DNA from: Chloroflexota bacterium | GTDB taxonomy: Bacteria; Chloroflexota; UBA11872; VXOZ01 | Direction: 5' to 3' | NCBI GenBank assembly: GCA_012270555.1 | Contig: JAAXIC010000048.1 | Span: 52,686 to 116,685, forward strand | DNA length: 64,000 bases | Shown: in pieces, positions 1-9,089 of the stretch | Layout of the letters: the number at the start of each line of letters is the position of its first letter | How positions within the stretch are numbered: the first letter of the stretch is position 1 | The notes under the pieces: model-generated | The model's input: only the letters and a program-made list of their open reading frames with translations | Told to the model about the DNA's origin: nothing | Database searches by the model: none | Translations under genes and position numbers: made by a program

Positions 1-157
1 GGTGCAGCATGATGTCCCAGCGGAATGGTGGGCCGCCCTCATCGCCGCCGACTTCCGAATGGCGTATCGACTCCGTCAAGCTCTCGCGGCCGAACCTCTT
101 TTCGGTGCCCACGTGGGCACAGCCGGTTGCCCACACTGAGAACGTCTCTGCCGACAT
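1..157 (-). CDS. 5' part of a probable calcineurin-like metallophosphoesterase (runs off the left edge)
   Basis: Hand translation gives MSAETFSVWATGCAHVGTEKRFGRESLTESIRHSEVGGDEGGPPFRWDIMLH. A GGAGG RBS precedes the ATG at 157. The beta-strand + xxHVG motif and the 'WDIMLH' segment resemble metallophosphoesterase motifs I and II. Not in the ORF track. Confidence 0.55.
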   Translation of the reverse strand, partial: MSAETFSVWATGCAHVGTEKRFGRESLTESIRHSEVGGDEGGPPFRWDIMLH

Positions 158-502
158 GTGTCTCCCTCCACCTGGCACTATCAGTTAGACCGTAACAACG
201 CAGTAGTTTTGACGTTATGTAAATGTGATTGGATCTGTTCGCAGGACCTGTCTGTGCCCGCCCTATTGCCTCGATTACGCCGCCTGTTTGAGCGCACTGC
301 CGTTCGGCTCCTCCATACTAATCACAACCCCGCTGACCGGCAAAGACATCACCCTTGAAAATCGCTATCATAGGGGTCAGCCCGCCGACCGTGTAGCGGC
401 TCGGCAATGGGCGTGTTTTCCCTCGTGGAGCGGGCGCACATGATTTCACAACATTCTGACAAGCGGTCCGCGGGAAGCCGTGAAGAAGCACAGGGAGGAT
501 GG

Positions 503-2080
503 ATGGGAGGGAAGTTTCTCTCAATCGACCAAGCGGTCTGGCTCATCCAGGACGGCGCTGCCATCGGCGTGGGCGGTTTCGTCGGTATTGGACATCCGGA
601 GGCGCTCTCCGCGGCAGTCGAGCGGCGTTTCTTGCAGACCGGCGAGCCGCGGAACCTTACGCTAATGTACGGCGCCGGTCAAGGCGACCGCCAAACGCGC
701 GGCCTCAATCACTTCGGCCATGAAGGGCTGGTCAAGCGCATCATCGGCGGCCACTGGGGACTGGCTCCCAGCCTCTGTCAACTGGTCCTCGACGGCAAGA
801 TCGAGGGCTACAATTTCCCCCAAGGTGTCATTGTCCATCTCTTCCGCGACATCGCCGCGGGCAAGCCCGGCACCATCACACACGTTGGCCTCCACACATT
901 TGTAGACCCGCGTCTGGAAGGGGGACGCGTTAATCCGGCTTCCACGCCGGAGGAGTTGGTGCAGCTTGTTGCATTGAACGGCGAAGAGCACCTCTTCTAT
1001 CCGCGCATAGAACTCGACGTCGGGTTCATTCGCGGCACGACCGCCGATCCCGACGGCAACATCAGCATGGAACGGGAAGCGGTCTACGGCGAGATGCTCA
1101 GCGTCGCGCTGGCCGTGCACAATTGCGGCGGCACCGTGATCGCGCAAGTAGAGCGCACGATAGACACGCCGTTACCCGCGCGCGAAATCAGAATCCCCGG
1201 CATTCTCGTCGACGTTGTGGCTGTTTCCGATCCCGGAGAGCACTGGCAGACATTCAGTGAGGAATTCAATCCGGCGTACGTAGAAACATCGTCGGAGAAA
1301 ACGGGTACCAGCGGGGAAGCGCCAGACTTCCCACCGCACCCGCTTGACGAGCGCAAGGTGATCGCTCGCCGCGCCGCCATGGAATTGCGCCGCGGTGACG
1401 TCGTCAACCTCGGCATTGGCCTGCCGGAGAGCGTAGCGGCGGTTGCAGCAGAGGAAAACATCATAGACGACCTGGTGATGACCGTCGAAAGCGGCGCAAT
1501 CGGCGGCATTCCCGCAGGCGGCCTCTCCTTCGGCGCTTCCTATAAGCCCACGGCCCTCATCGACTCGCCGTACATGTTCGATTTCTACGACGGCGGCGGC
1601 CTGGATATCGCCTGCCTCGGCGCGGCGCAGATCGATGCTGCCGGCAACGTGAACGTCAGTCGCTTCGGCAACGTCGTGCCTGGTGCGGGAGGCTTTGTGA
1701 ACATTAGCCACAACGCGAAGCGCATCGTCTTTTGCGGGACCTTCACGGCGGGAGGCCTGAACATTGCGATTGAGGACGGTACGTTGCAGATCATCCGCGA
1801 AGGCAGACACCCCAAGCTGGTGAATGCCGTAGAGCAAGTCACATTCAACGGCGCCTACGCGCGCTCACTGGGACGCACGATTACCTATGTCACCGAGCGC
1901 GCGGTCTTCACGCTTGCCGACGAAGGACTCACGCTCACGGAGATCGCACCCGGTGTGGATTTGGAGAGAGACGTGCTCGCTCAGATGGCGTTCAAGCCCC
2001 AAATTGCACCCGATTTGCGTCCTATGGACCCGACCCTTTTCCTCAATGAGCCAATGGGACTAGCGCAAGACTTCAAATAG
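503..2080 (+). CDS. Acyl-CoA:acetate/3-ketoacid CoA-transferase (single-chain family I, Pct/YdiF type)
   Basis: Motifs [47 protein letters not shown] (catalytic Glu) and GNVNVS. Start moved from 407 to ATG 503, which has GGAGG at 494-498. Confidence 0.92.
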   Translation: MGGKFLSIDQAVWLIQDGAAIGVGGFVGIGHPEALSAAVERRFLQTGEPRNLTLMYGAGQGDRQTRGLNHFGHEGLVKRIIGGHWGLAPSLCQLVLDGKIEGYNFPQGVIVHLFRDIAAGKPGTITHVGLHTFVDPRLEGGRVNPASTPEELVQLVALNGEEHLFYPRIELDVGFIRGTTADPDGNISMEREAVYGEMLSVALAVHNCGGTVIAQVERTIDTPLPAREIRIPGILVDVVAVSDPGEHWQTFSEEFNPAYVETSSEKTGTSGEAPDFPPHPLDERKVIARRAAMELRRGDVVNLGIGLPESVAAVAAEENIIDDLVMTVESGAIGGIPAGGLSFGASYKPTALIDSPYMFDFYDGGGLDIACLGAAQIDAAGNVNVSRFGNVVPGAGGFVNISHNAKRIVFCGTFTAGGLNIAIEDGTLQIIREGRHPKLVNAVEQVTFNGAYARSLGRTITYVTERAVFTLADEGLTLTEIAPGVDLERDVLAQMAFKPQIAPDLRPMDPTLFLNEPMGLAQDFK

Positions 2081-2103
2081 CGCTCACACGTTCACTTGGC
2101 TGC

Positions 2104-2919
2104 TTGTTGCAAACACTCAGGGGATTCGCAGCGAGGAGTGGCATCATCCAGCGCAGGCAGATAAGAACCCTCTTGCTCGACCTGGACGGTACGCTCTACT
2201 TCAAAGGTGCACAGATTCAACATGCCGCTCAAGCCCTCACTGCTCTGAGAGAAAGAGGATTTCAATTACGTTTCCTAACAAACACCGATTCGAAGACTAG
2301 CGGCACTCTACAGCAGGAAATCGCAGCCATGAGTCTCGTAGTTGAAGAAGCAGAGATCTTTAGCGCCGCCACCGCCGCTCTGCGGTTTCTGCAAGAACGG
2401 CCGGGCAAGCGTTACTATTGCTTGGTTTCTCAGGAACTTACCGCCGCCTTTGCGCCTTTTCATGCCGTGGAGGGTGCCGTAGACTATGTACTAGTCGGAG
2501 ACTTCCGCGATTCCGTCAGTTATGATCTGCTGAATACGGCATTCAGGCACGTCATGGCAGGCGCGGAGATTGTTGCCCTACAGAAAGGCCGGTACTTTGT
2601 GAGCAACGAAGGTTTCAACCTGGATACCGGAGCGTTCGTGCAACTCCTAGAATATAGTTCCGGCAAGACGGCAAGAGTCCTTGGCAAGCCATCGGCAGAT
2701 TTCTTCCGGTTGGCAATCGAGCAGATGGCTTGCTCACCCGAACAAGTGGTCGTAGTCGGCGATGATGTGACGACTGACATCGTCGGAGCGCGGGCGGTCG
2801 GCGCCCTTAGCGTGCTGGTACGAACGGGAAAATACGCAGATGAAGCACTGGAGCGTTCTTCCGTTAAGCCCGACTATGTCGTTGATTCCATTGCCGATGT
2901 GCCGCAATTGCTCGTGTAA
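2104..2919 (+). CDS. HAD-superfamily subfamily IIA hydrolase (LHPP/HDHD2/NagD-like)
   Basis: LLDLDGTL (motif I), FLTN, GKPS and VVGDDVTTDIVGA. Start codon uncertain. Confidence 0.9.
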   Translation: MLQTLRGFAARSGIIQRRQIRTLLLDLDGTLYFKGAQIQHAAQALTALRERGFQLRFLTNTDSKTSGTLQQEIAAMSLVVEEAEIFSAATAALRFLQERPGKRYYCLVSQELTAAFAPFHAVEGAVDYVLVGDFRDSVSYDLLNTAFRHVMAGAEIVALQKGRYFVSNEGFNLDTGAFVQLLEYSSGKTARVLGKPSADFFRLAIEQMACSPEQVVVVGDDVTTDIVGARAVGALSVLVRTGKYADEALERSSVKPDYVVDSIADVPQLLV

Positions 2920-2980
2920 AGACAAGAAATCTCAGAACCATTGACGGCGAAAACCCCATTCTGGAAGGTGAGGTCAGAAA

Positions 2981-4195
2981 ATGAGCACGCGAACGCCGGT
3001 AATTCTAGGGGTGGCCCGCACACCCATCGGCAAGTTTGGCGGCGCATTTAGCGAACTCTCCGCGCCCGATCTTGGTGTGGTTGCGGCGCAGGCGGCGTTG
3101 GCACGAGCCGATGTGACACCTGATGCCGTCCAGGTTTCGATCTTCGGCCAAGTCTTGCAGGGCGGCAGCGGCATGAACCCTGCGCGGCAGGTGAGCCTGC
3201 GTGCCGGAGTGCCCGAGACTGTGCATGCCATGACCCTTAACCAGGTCTGCGCTTCCGGCCTGCAGGCCGTGGCGCTAGCCGGAAACTACATTCGCCTGGG
3301 AGAGGTCGACGTGGCTTTGGCCGGCGGCATGGAGAGCATGAGCCAAGCGCCGTATGTACTGCCCGACGCGCGCTGGGGCAGCAAGTTGGGTCATGCCAAC
3401 ATCGTGGATACGCTCATAGGTGACGGCCTTTGGGACGCGTTTGAAGACTGTCACATGGCCAATACCGCCGACACCTTGGCGCAAGAGTATGGAATCTCCC
3501 GTGAAGCGCAAGACCAATTTGCCTATGAGAGCCAGCAACGCTATGCGGCTGCGGCGCGCGCTTGCCACATCTCGGCTGAAATCGCGTCCGTGTCGGTGCC
3601 GCAGCGCCGGAGACCGCCCAAAATAGTCAGTGATGACGAGTACCCGCGACCGGATACGACTAGTGAGGCTTTGTCGTCTCTCCGTCCCGCGTTCAAGGAC
3701 GTTTCGTGCATCACTGCCGGCAATGCCTCCGGCATCAACGACGGCGCTGCGGCACTTGTCGTGGCATCGGCAGAGTGGGCAGAAGCTCAGCAACGCCAGC
3801 CTCTGGCTACGCTCACGGCGGTTGCGACCACCGGCGTAGCGCCAATGCGGATGGGTATTGGACCGGCAAAGGCGATCCGCATCCTCCTAGCCAAAACCGG
3901 CCTCACGCTGGATGACATCGACCTCTTGGAGATCAACGAAGCCTTTGCCGCACAAGTCCTGGCGGTTGAGGCTGAGTTCAACTGGGACCGTTCGCGCGTA
4001 AACGTAAACGGCGGCGCCATCGCGGTGGGACATCCCATTGGGGCGAGCGGGGCACGCATTTTGGGCACACTTATCCACGAAATGCAGCGCCGAAACGTCC
4101 GCCGGGGCATTGCGGCGCTGTGCGCCGGCGGCGGCATGGGCATCGCCGCTCTGGTGGAGCGCAACTGCGACTCCGCTGCGACCGGCAGTCCATGA
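2981..4195 (+). CDS. Acetyl-CoA acetyltransferase (thiolase)
   Basis: NQVCASG (active Cys), NEAFAAQ, GHPIGASG and ALCAGGGMG are all intact. Confidence 0.95.
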   Translation: MSTRTPVILGVARTPIGKFGGAFSELSAPDLGVVAAQAALARADVTPDAVQVSIFGQVLQGGSGMNPARQVSLRAGVPETVHAMTLNQVCASGLQAVALAGNYIRLGEVDVALAGGMESMSQAPYVLPDARWGSKLGHANIVDTLIGDGLWDAFEDCHMANTADTLAQEYGISREAQDQFAYESQQRYAAAARACHISAEIASVSVPQRRRPPKIVSDDEYPRPDTTSEALSSLRPAFKDVSCITAGNASGINDGAAALVVASAEWAEAQQRQPLATLTAVATTGVAPMRMGIGPAKAIRILLAKTGLTLDDIDLLEINEAFAAQVLAVEAEFNWDRSRVNVNGGAIAVGHPIGASGARILGTLIHEMQRRNVRRGIAALCAGGGMGIAALVERNCDSAATGSP

Positions 4196-4208
4196 GGGAG
4201 GCGCGGGT

Positions 4209-4967
4209 ATGAGACTTGAAGGCAAGAGTGCCCTGATTACGGGCGCCTCTCAGGGTATTGGACGCGCCACGGCTCTTGCATTTGCCCGCGCAGGTGCCAA
4301 CGTAGCAATTAACCACTACCCTGACGCAGAAGATGCGCACCGTCGCAACGCAGAGGCAGTGGCGCAGGAGGTGAAAAACCTGGGCCGCCAGGCACTCGTC
4401 ATTGGCGCGGACGTGGCGCAGGAGGAGCCGAGCGCGGCGATGGTGGCACAAGCCATCGAGGAGTTTGGTTGCCTTGACATCCTCGTGAACAATGCTGGCA
4501 TCCTGCGCGACGCGACCCTGCGCAACTTGACCCGCCAGCAGTGGGACGAGGTGCTGGACGTCAACCTCGGCAGCATGTTCAATTGCGCCAAGCCCGCGGC
4601 TATCCACATGCGCGAGCGCGAAGCGGGCAGCATTGTCAACATTGCTTCGGTGATCGGTCTCACGGGCAACTTCGGCCAAACGAACTACGCGGCGGCCAAA
4701 GCCGGCGCCATCGGCTTTACCAAGTCGCTGGCCAGAGAAATGGCGCGCTATGGCGTTCGTGTGAATGCCGTGGCGCCCGGCTTCATGGATACCGACATGA
4801 CCCGCACCATCGACCCCGAAATCAAAGAGAATATACGCAAGCAGATTCCGCTGGGGCACTTCGGTACGGCAGAAGACATCGCTGACGCCATTCTCTTCCT
4901 TGTCTCTGACGAGGCGCGCTACATCACCGGCGAGGTGCTGAGCGTCAACGGCGGCTGGTATATGTGA
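4209..4967 (+). CDS. 3-oxoacyl-(ACP/CoA) reductase, SDR family (FabG/PhaB-like)
   Basis: ITGASQGIG, NNAGI, SVIGLTGNFGQTNYAAAKAG (YxxxK) and VNAVAPGF. ATG at 4209 with GGAGG upstream. Confidence 0.92.
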   Translation: MRLEGKSALITGASQGIGRATALAFARAGANVAINHYPDAEDAHRRNAEAVAQEVKNLGRQALVIGADVAQEEPSAAMVAQAIEEFGCLDILVNNAGILRDATLRNLTRQQWDEVLDVNLGSMFNCAKPAAIHMREREAGSIVNIASVIGLTGNFGQTNYAAAKAGAIGFTKSLAREMARYGVRVNAVAPGFMDTDMTRTIDPEIKENIRKQIPLGHFGTAEDIADAILFLVSDEARYITGEVLSVNGGWYM

Positions 4968-5084
4968 GTGTGGATCTTTCGGTTGTTGTTCAAGGAGTCC
5001 GTCAATTCTCGCTAAAGCTGATAATTGATGCCAGTAGGCAAAATAAAACTGGCGACAATGGTCAGCGCTTCTGCATCTGGCGGA

Positions 5085-5110
5085 CGCAGGTTACAAACCT
5101 GCGCTACCGG
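5085..5110 (-). repeat. REP family A (GTAGCGCAGGTTTG[C/T]AACCTGCG), inverted copy
   Basis: Same palindrome at 9000-9026, 9163-9189, 31678-31795 (three degenerate copies) and 33061-33089. Confidence 0.85.
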
Positions 5111-5195
5111 AGGGTGGCACTCGACTTGTAGCACAAGGTCTTGTCCCCCGCATAATCCAAGAACATAGCGCGTACGGATCGAAAGGAAACTCCTT

Positions 5196-5858
5196 ATGCT
5201 GATCGACACCACCCAATTCAAGGCCAACCACCTTGCTGAGGACGCCGTTCTGCCAGCCGAAAAGACCGCGCTTATCATCGTCGACATGATGCGGCGCTTC
5301 TGCGATCCGGCCTGGCTGTCAGGTGGTAACGCCGAAAGCGAGCGCTGGTTTACTTCAGAACTGCAAAGCGTTATCCCCAACCTGCGTGCGATCCTCGACG
5401 CCTTTCGGTCTTCCGGCGGTCTGGTGGTTCACGTCGTCAACGCCAAGTGGACTAAAGAAGCGCGTGAAGCGGTGCCCTACCAGCGGGGGCGTGACTACGA
5501 CTACTTCGATTCCCACGCCATGTCCGTGATCGACGAGCTTGCGCCGCAGCGCGACGAGATAATCGTACGCAAGCTGACGAGTTCGGCCTTCACAGGCACG
5601 GGGCTTGACTACATGCTGAACAACGCCGGCATTCGGAACGTCGTACTCACCGGCCAATACGGCGGCGCGTGCGTCTTCTATAGCCTTATCCAGAGCCGCG
5701 AATACGGCTTCACCAACTACTGGCCGACAGATGCCATACTGCACGCCTCCGCCGTCGATAAGGCCATGATCACGCCATTGGTCGGCACCCGCTGGGCAAC
5801 GCTCGCTACGTCGGCACAAATCGCCCGGTCAATCACCGGTCAACGCGCCTTGGCGTGA
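5196..5858 (+). CDS. Cysteine hydrolase (isochorismatase family)
   Basis: ALIIVDMM (Asp), IVRKLTSSAFTGT (Lys) and VLTGQYGGACV (Cys) give the catalytic triad. Confidence 0.88.
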   Translation: MLIDTTQFKANHLAEDAVLPAEKTALIIVDMMRRFCDPAWLSGGNAESERWFTSELQSVIPNLRAILDAFRSSGGLVVHVVNAKWTKEAREAVPYQRGRDYDYFDSHAMSVIDELAPQRDEIIVRKLTSSAFTGTGLDYMLNNAGIRNVVLTGQYGGACVFYSLIQSREYGFTNYWPTDAILHASAVDKAMITPLVGTRWATLATSAQIARSITGQRALA

Positions 5859-5949
5859 AAGTTCGCGTCCCACCTGCCTTGCCGAAGCAAGAACGTAGCG
5901 GACGGTGAGGTAGTCAGTCCGTCATTACCATGAAAATAGCGTGACCAAG

Positions 5950-6143
5950 CCGTTCGCCCTGAGCATCGTCGAAGGGTGAACGGCGGAGGTAGCGGGTAGC
6001 AACTCCGCACCCTATTCTCTCCGTTCATGCTTCGACAAGGGTTGCGCGAAGCCCACTCAGCACGAACGGAGAGATGTGCGTTCACTTTCATTCCCTTGTG
6101 TGGCCTGAGCAAGGCCATGGTGATTCCCGTGAAAACGGGAATC
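5950..6143. repeat. Cluster of palindromic repeats: family B (CTTCGACA..CTCAGGGCGAACGG) x2 and family C (GATTCCCGT-GAAA-ACGGGAATC)
   Basis: Copies at 5950-5983, 6017-6073 and 6122-6143. The motifs recur elsewhere in the window. Confidence 0.8.
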
Positions 6144-6291
6144 CATCTTCGCTTCTCAAGCTGACCCTACCTCTGTGATATTTTGGCGAAATGCGAACTG
6201 AATTCTGCCCTCCCAGTCCTATGCCACCAGGCGCGATGAAATCCCATCTTACCCTGTCTAATCACCTCAATTCTGACTACATTCTCCTGCC

Positions 6292-6320
6292 TTGACACTC
6301 GTTACACGCGCTGCTAGTCT
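6292..6320 (+). promoter_or_regulatory. Sigma70-type promoter for the solute-binding protein gene
   Basis: TTGACA (6292-6297), 17-nt spacer, extended -10 TG-n-TAGTCT (6312-6320). Confidence 0.75.
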
Positions 6321-6362
6321 GCAACCAACCGGTTGGTTGAGCAGCCACAAAGGAGCAATCAG

Positions 6363-7745
6363 ATGACTCGACGCAAGATGTTACTCGGCCTCGGTTCCGG
6401 CGCGGGCCTGGCACTGTTGGCGGCCTGCGGTCAAGCGACCACGATGACTGGCGAGGCGCCGGCAGCCGAAGAGAAGATGGAGCCCAAGGCGGAAGAGAAG
6501 CCCGCAGAGCCGGAAACCTATGAGATTCGGGTGTTCACCACTGCCCGTTGGGACCTCAGCGAGGGCATTGGTTTGGAGGTGGTCCAGGAACTTGAGGAGG
6601 CCAATCCCGGCATTACCGTCAACGCCACTGTTGAGTCCGGCAACCGCATGGACAAGATGGTGACGTCTGTTGCCGCCGGTTTCGGCCTTGACATCGGCCA
6701 GGCAGGCTCGTGGCAGTCGCAGACCCTCGCCGTCCTCAAGGTGCCGGTGGGGCTCGACTCCTACATGGCGACCTCGAACGTCATCAAGAAAGAGGAGATC
6801 TGGGAATCGCTGCGCGGTGACTTGGAGTACAAGAGCGTGGTGCAGGGCATGCCGTTTGGCCCGGACATCCGCTTCCTCTATGTCGGCAATAAAGCCTACC
6901 TCGACGCTGGCCTTGACCCGGAGAGTCCACCGGCAACCTGGGACGATCTCGAGGGTGCGATTGCCAAAATCTATTCGGTTAGCGGCGACAAGATTGAGAA
7001 GCTCGGCTTCGACCCGTTGCGCGGCACGGGCGGCAACCACCTCTGGATGGTGCCCATGTGGCAGTTGGGTGGGGAGACCACGACGCCGGAAGGCAAGGTG
7101 AGCCTGAATACGCCTGAGGCGGAAGAGGCCCTGAACTGGCAGAAGAGCAGCATCTTCGATGCCCAGGGCGGCTACAACCAGGTGCTGGAATTCTGGGGTG
7201 AGGCGGCGCGGTATCCCGCTTACTTCCAGCCGTTCTTCCAAGGCGTGGTCGGCAATATGCACCTCACCAATTCCGAGCGTGCCGGGCAAATCCTGCCGAA
7301 TCAACCGGACTTTGAGTTCTCTTACGGGCCGTATCCCGTGCCCGAAGGCGGACGCCAGGCCGGCTACGGCGGCTGCCATACCTGGTTCATTACGGTTGAC
7401 TCCGCCCAGCCCGATAAGTCGTGGCTATTCATGGAGCATTTCGGCAGCCGGGACGTGAACATTCGCTGGGCACTGCACTTCGACCGTCTGCCCATCCGCT
7501 CCGACGTGGCAGATTCCGAGGAGTACCACCAGGGTGACGACTTCGTGCGCTTCTCCGCCAATATGATGCAGCACCGCAAATTCGTCATTCCGTTACCGGG
7601 TGCGCCGCAGGTGCTCAGCTTCGTCAATGGCTTCATACCGGATGTCATGGCCGGTAACATTACGATCCCCGAAGCGCTCAAGAATGCCAACGAGCAGATC
7701 CAGACCATTCTGGATGAGTTCCTGGCGGAGCACGGCGAAGCGTAA
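6363..7745 (+). CDS. Extracellular solute-binding protein (family 1, sugar type), Tat lipoprotein
   Basis: MTRRKMLLG...LLAACG signal, E/K/P-rich linker, PESPPATWDDL and GGCHTW motifs. AGGAG precedes ATG 6363. Confidence 0.9.
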   Translation: MTRRKMLLGLGSGAGLALLAACGQATTMTGEAPAAEEKMEPKAEEKPAEPETYEIRVFTTARWDLSEGIGLEVVQELEEANPGITVNATVESGNRMDKMVTSVAAGFGLDIGQAGSWQSQTLAVLKVPVGLDSYMATSNVIKKEEIWESLRGDLEYKSVVQGMPFGPDIRFLYVGNKAYLDAGLDPESPPATWDDLEGAIAKIYSVSGDKIEKLGFDPLRGTGGNHLWMVPMWQLGGETTTPEGKVSLNTPEAEEALNWQKSSIFDAQGGYNQVLEFWGEAARYPAYFQPFFQGVVGNMHLTNSERAGQILPNQPDFEFSYGPYPVPEGGRQAGYGGCHTWFITVDSAQPDKSWLFMEHFGSRDVNIRWALHFDRLPIRSDVADSEEYHQGDDFVRFSANMMQHRKFVIPLPGAPQVLSFVNGFIPDVMAGNITIPEALKNANEQIQTILDEFLAEHGEA

Positions 7746-7778
7746 TTGCGCATTTCAGCCCAATAAGCAGTTAGAATG

Positions 7779-7808
7779 GAAGGAGGAGGTCATGTGGCCT
7801 CCTCCTTC
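7779..7808 (+). terminator. Strong hairpin after the SBP gene (terminator or mRNA stabiliser)
   Basis: GAAGGAGGAGG-N8-CCTCCTCCTTC, an 11-bp perfect stem. Only a weak U-tract follows. Confidence 0.55.
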
Positions 7809-7831
7809 TGCAATGTGACGAAAGGTGTCCT

Positions 7832-8974
7832 GTGCCAGCCGAAGATCCCAGACTAACCGGAGCCGACGTTGATCCGCTGCGGCAGCAACTCTTTGAGGCC
7901 TACGACAACTGGCTCATGCGCCAGTGCCGCGAGCGCTACGACGCGCGCGGCGAGCGCTGGCAGCGTGACTGCTCCAGCCTTGAGGCGTACTGCCGTTCGG
8001 TGGCGCCGAATCGCGAGCGCCTCTTAGCCATGATTGGCGGCTGGCCGTGGGAGCGCGGGCCGCTGGAGCCTTGCATCGAGGAGATCGCCACCACCGACAC
8101 CTACACGGCATCACGCGTCTGGTACACGTCGTTTGACGACGTACGCGTGGACGCCATTCTCATTCGCCCCCACGGTGACGGTCCCTTTCCAGCAGTCCTC
8201 GCCCAACACGGCGTGAACCATACGCCGGAGCAGATTTGTGGCTTCTGTGATCCGGAACATAGCGCTGCTTACCATGAAATTGGCGTACGCCTGGCCAGAC
8301 ACGGCTACGTGGTCATTGCGCCGCGCATGATCGGCGGTTACGGCGAAGACCGCTACAACGTGCCGAATATTCCTTCGCTACGCTCGCAAGAGCAGGGCCG
8401 GGCCCAGAATCAGATTCACCGCAAAGCGCAATTGATCGGCCAGAGCATTCAGGCGCTGGAGTACTTTACTCTCTCCCGCGCCGTGGACTATCTGGAATCG
8501 CTGCCGGAAGTGGACAACGACCGCATCGGCCTCTACGGGCTTTCCCGCGGCGGGCGCGCGGCGCTGTGGCTGGGCGCGTTGGAGCAACGGCTGCAAGCGG
8601 TGGTGTCTTCCGCGTGGTTCAACGAGCGCTTCAGCAAGATGCTCCAGCCGGAGGCCATCAACGGCGCATTCATCGAGACCTCTTCCGAGTTCCAATTTAT
8701 CCCTGGTCTCTTTCATGAGTTCGGCGACGCCGACATTGCCTCGCTGATTTGCCCCCGCGCCTTCTTTGTCGAGGACGGCAAGCACGACGGCGCGGTGTGG
8801 TGGCCCAACGCCATCCAGGAATTCAAGCTCGTCGAGGAGTACTACGAGAAGCTCGGCATACCAGAGAAGTGCGGTATTCGCATCCACGAACAAGGCCACG
8901 AAACCGAGCCGGAAGACGAGATCACGGACATCCAGGCAGTGGCGTTTCTTGACCGCTGGCTGAAGGGAGCGTGA
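7832..8974 (+). CDS. Alpha/beta hydrolase (dienelactone hydrolase / acetylxylan esterase-like)
   Basis: GPFPAVLAQHG, RIGLYGLSRGG (GxSxG nucleophile elbow), DGKHD and HEQGHET. Confidence 0.85.
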   Translation: MPAEDPRLTGADVDPLRQQLFEAYDNWLMRQCRERYDARGERWQRDCSSLEAYCRSVAPNRERLLAMIGGWPWERGPLEPCIEEIATTDTYTASRVWYTSFDDVRVDAILIRPHGDGPFPAVLAQHGVNHTPEQICGFCDPEHSAAYHEIGVRLARHGYVVIAPRMIGGYGEDRYNVPNIPSLRSQEQGRAQNQIHRKAQLIGQSIQALEYFTLSRAVDYLESLPEVDNDRIGLYGLSRGGRAALWLGALEQRLQAVVSSAWFNERFSKMLQPEAINGAFIETSSEFQFIPGLFHEFGDADIASLICPRAFFVEDGKHDGAVWWPNAIQEFKLVEEYYEKLGIPEKCGIRIHEQGHETEPEDEITDIQAVAFLDRWLKGA

Positions 8975-8999
8975 TGACGGCGCTTGCACGCACATCGTT

Positions 9000-9072
9000 C
9001 CGGTAGCGCAGGTTTGCAACCTGCGCCCAGGCGCGAGCTTGAAGTCCACGTTGCCGGGCTTGCGTGCGACGT
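9000..9072 (+). pseudogene. Truncated duplicate of the REP + HMA-like 5' segment
   Basis: Encodes SAGLQPAPRRELEVHVAGLACDVV, paralogous to SAGLQPAPDREMEVHVAGLACTSI at 9163-9239, then diverges. Confidence 0.55.
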
Positions 9073-9089
9073 AGTTTCGGAGAACAATC

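Noticed and set aside
407-502. ORF-track N-terminal extension of the CoA-transferase (similar extensions on acnA, tkt-C, nfeD, the YyaL-family gene and the second reductase)
   Set aside because: Downstream starts have clear RBSs and match where family similarity begins.
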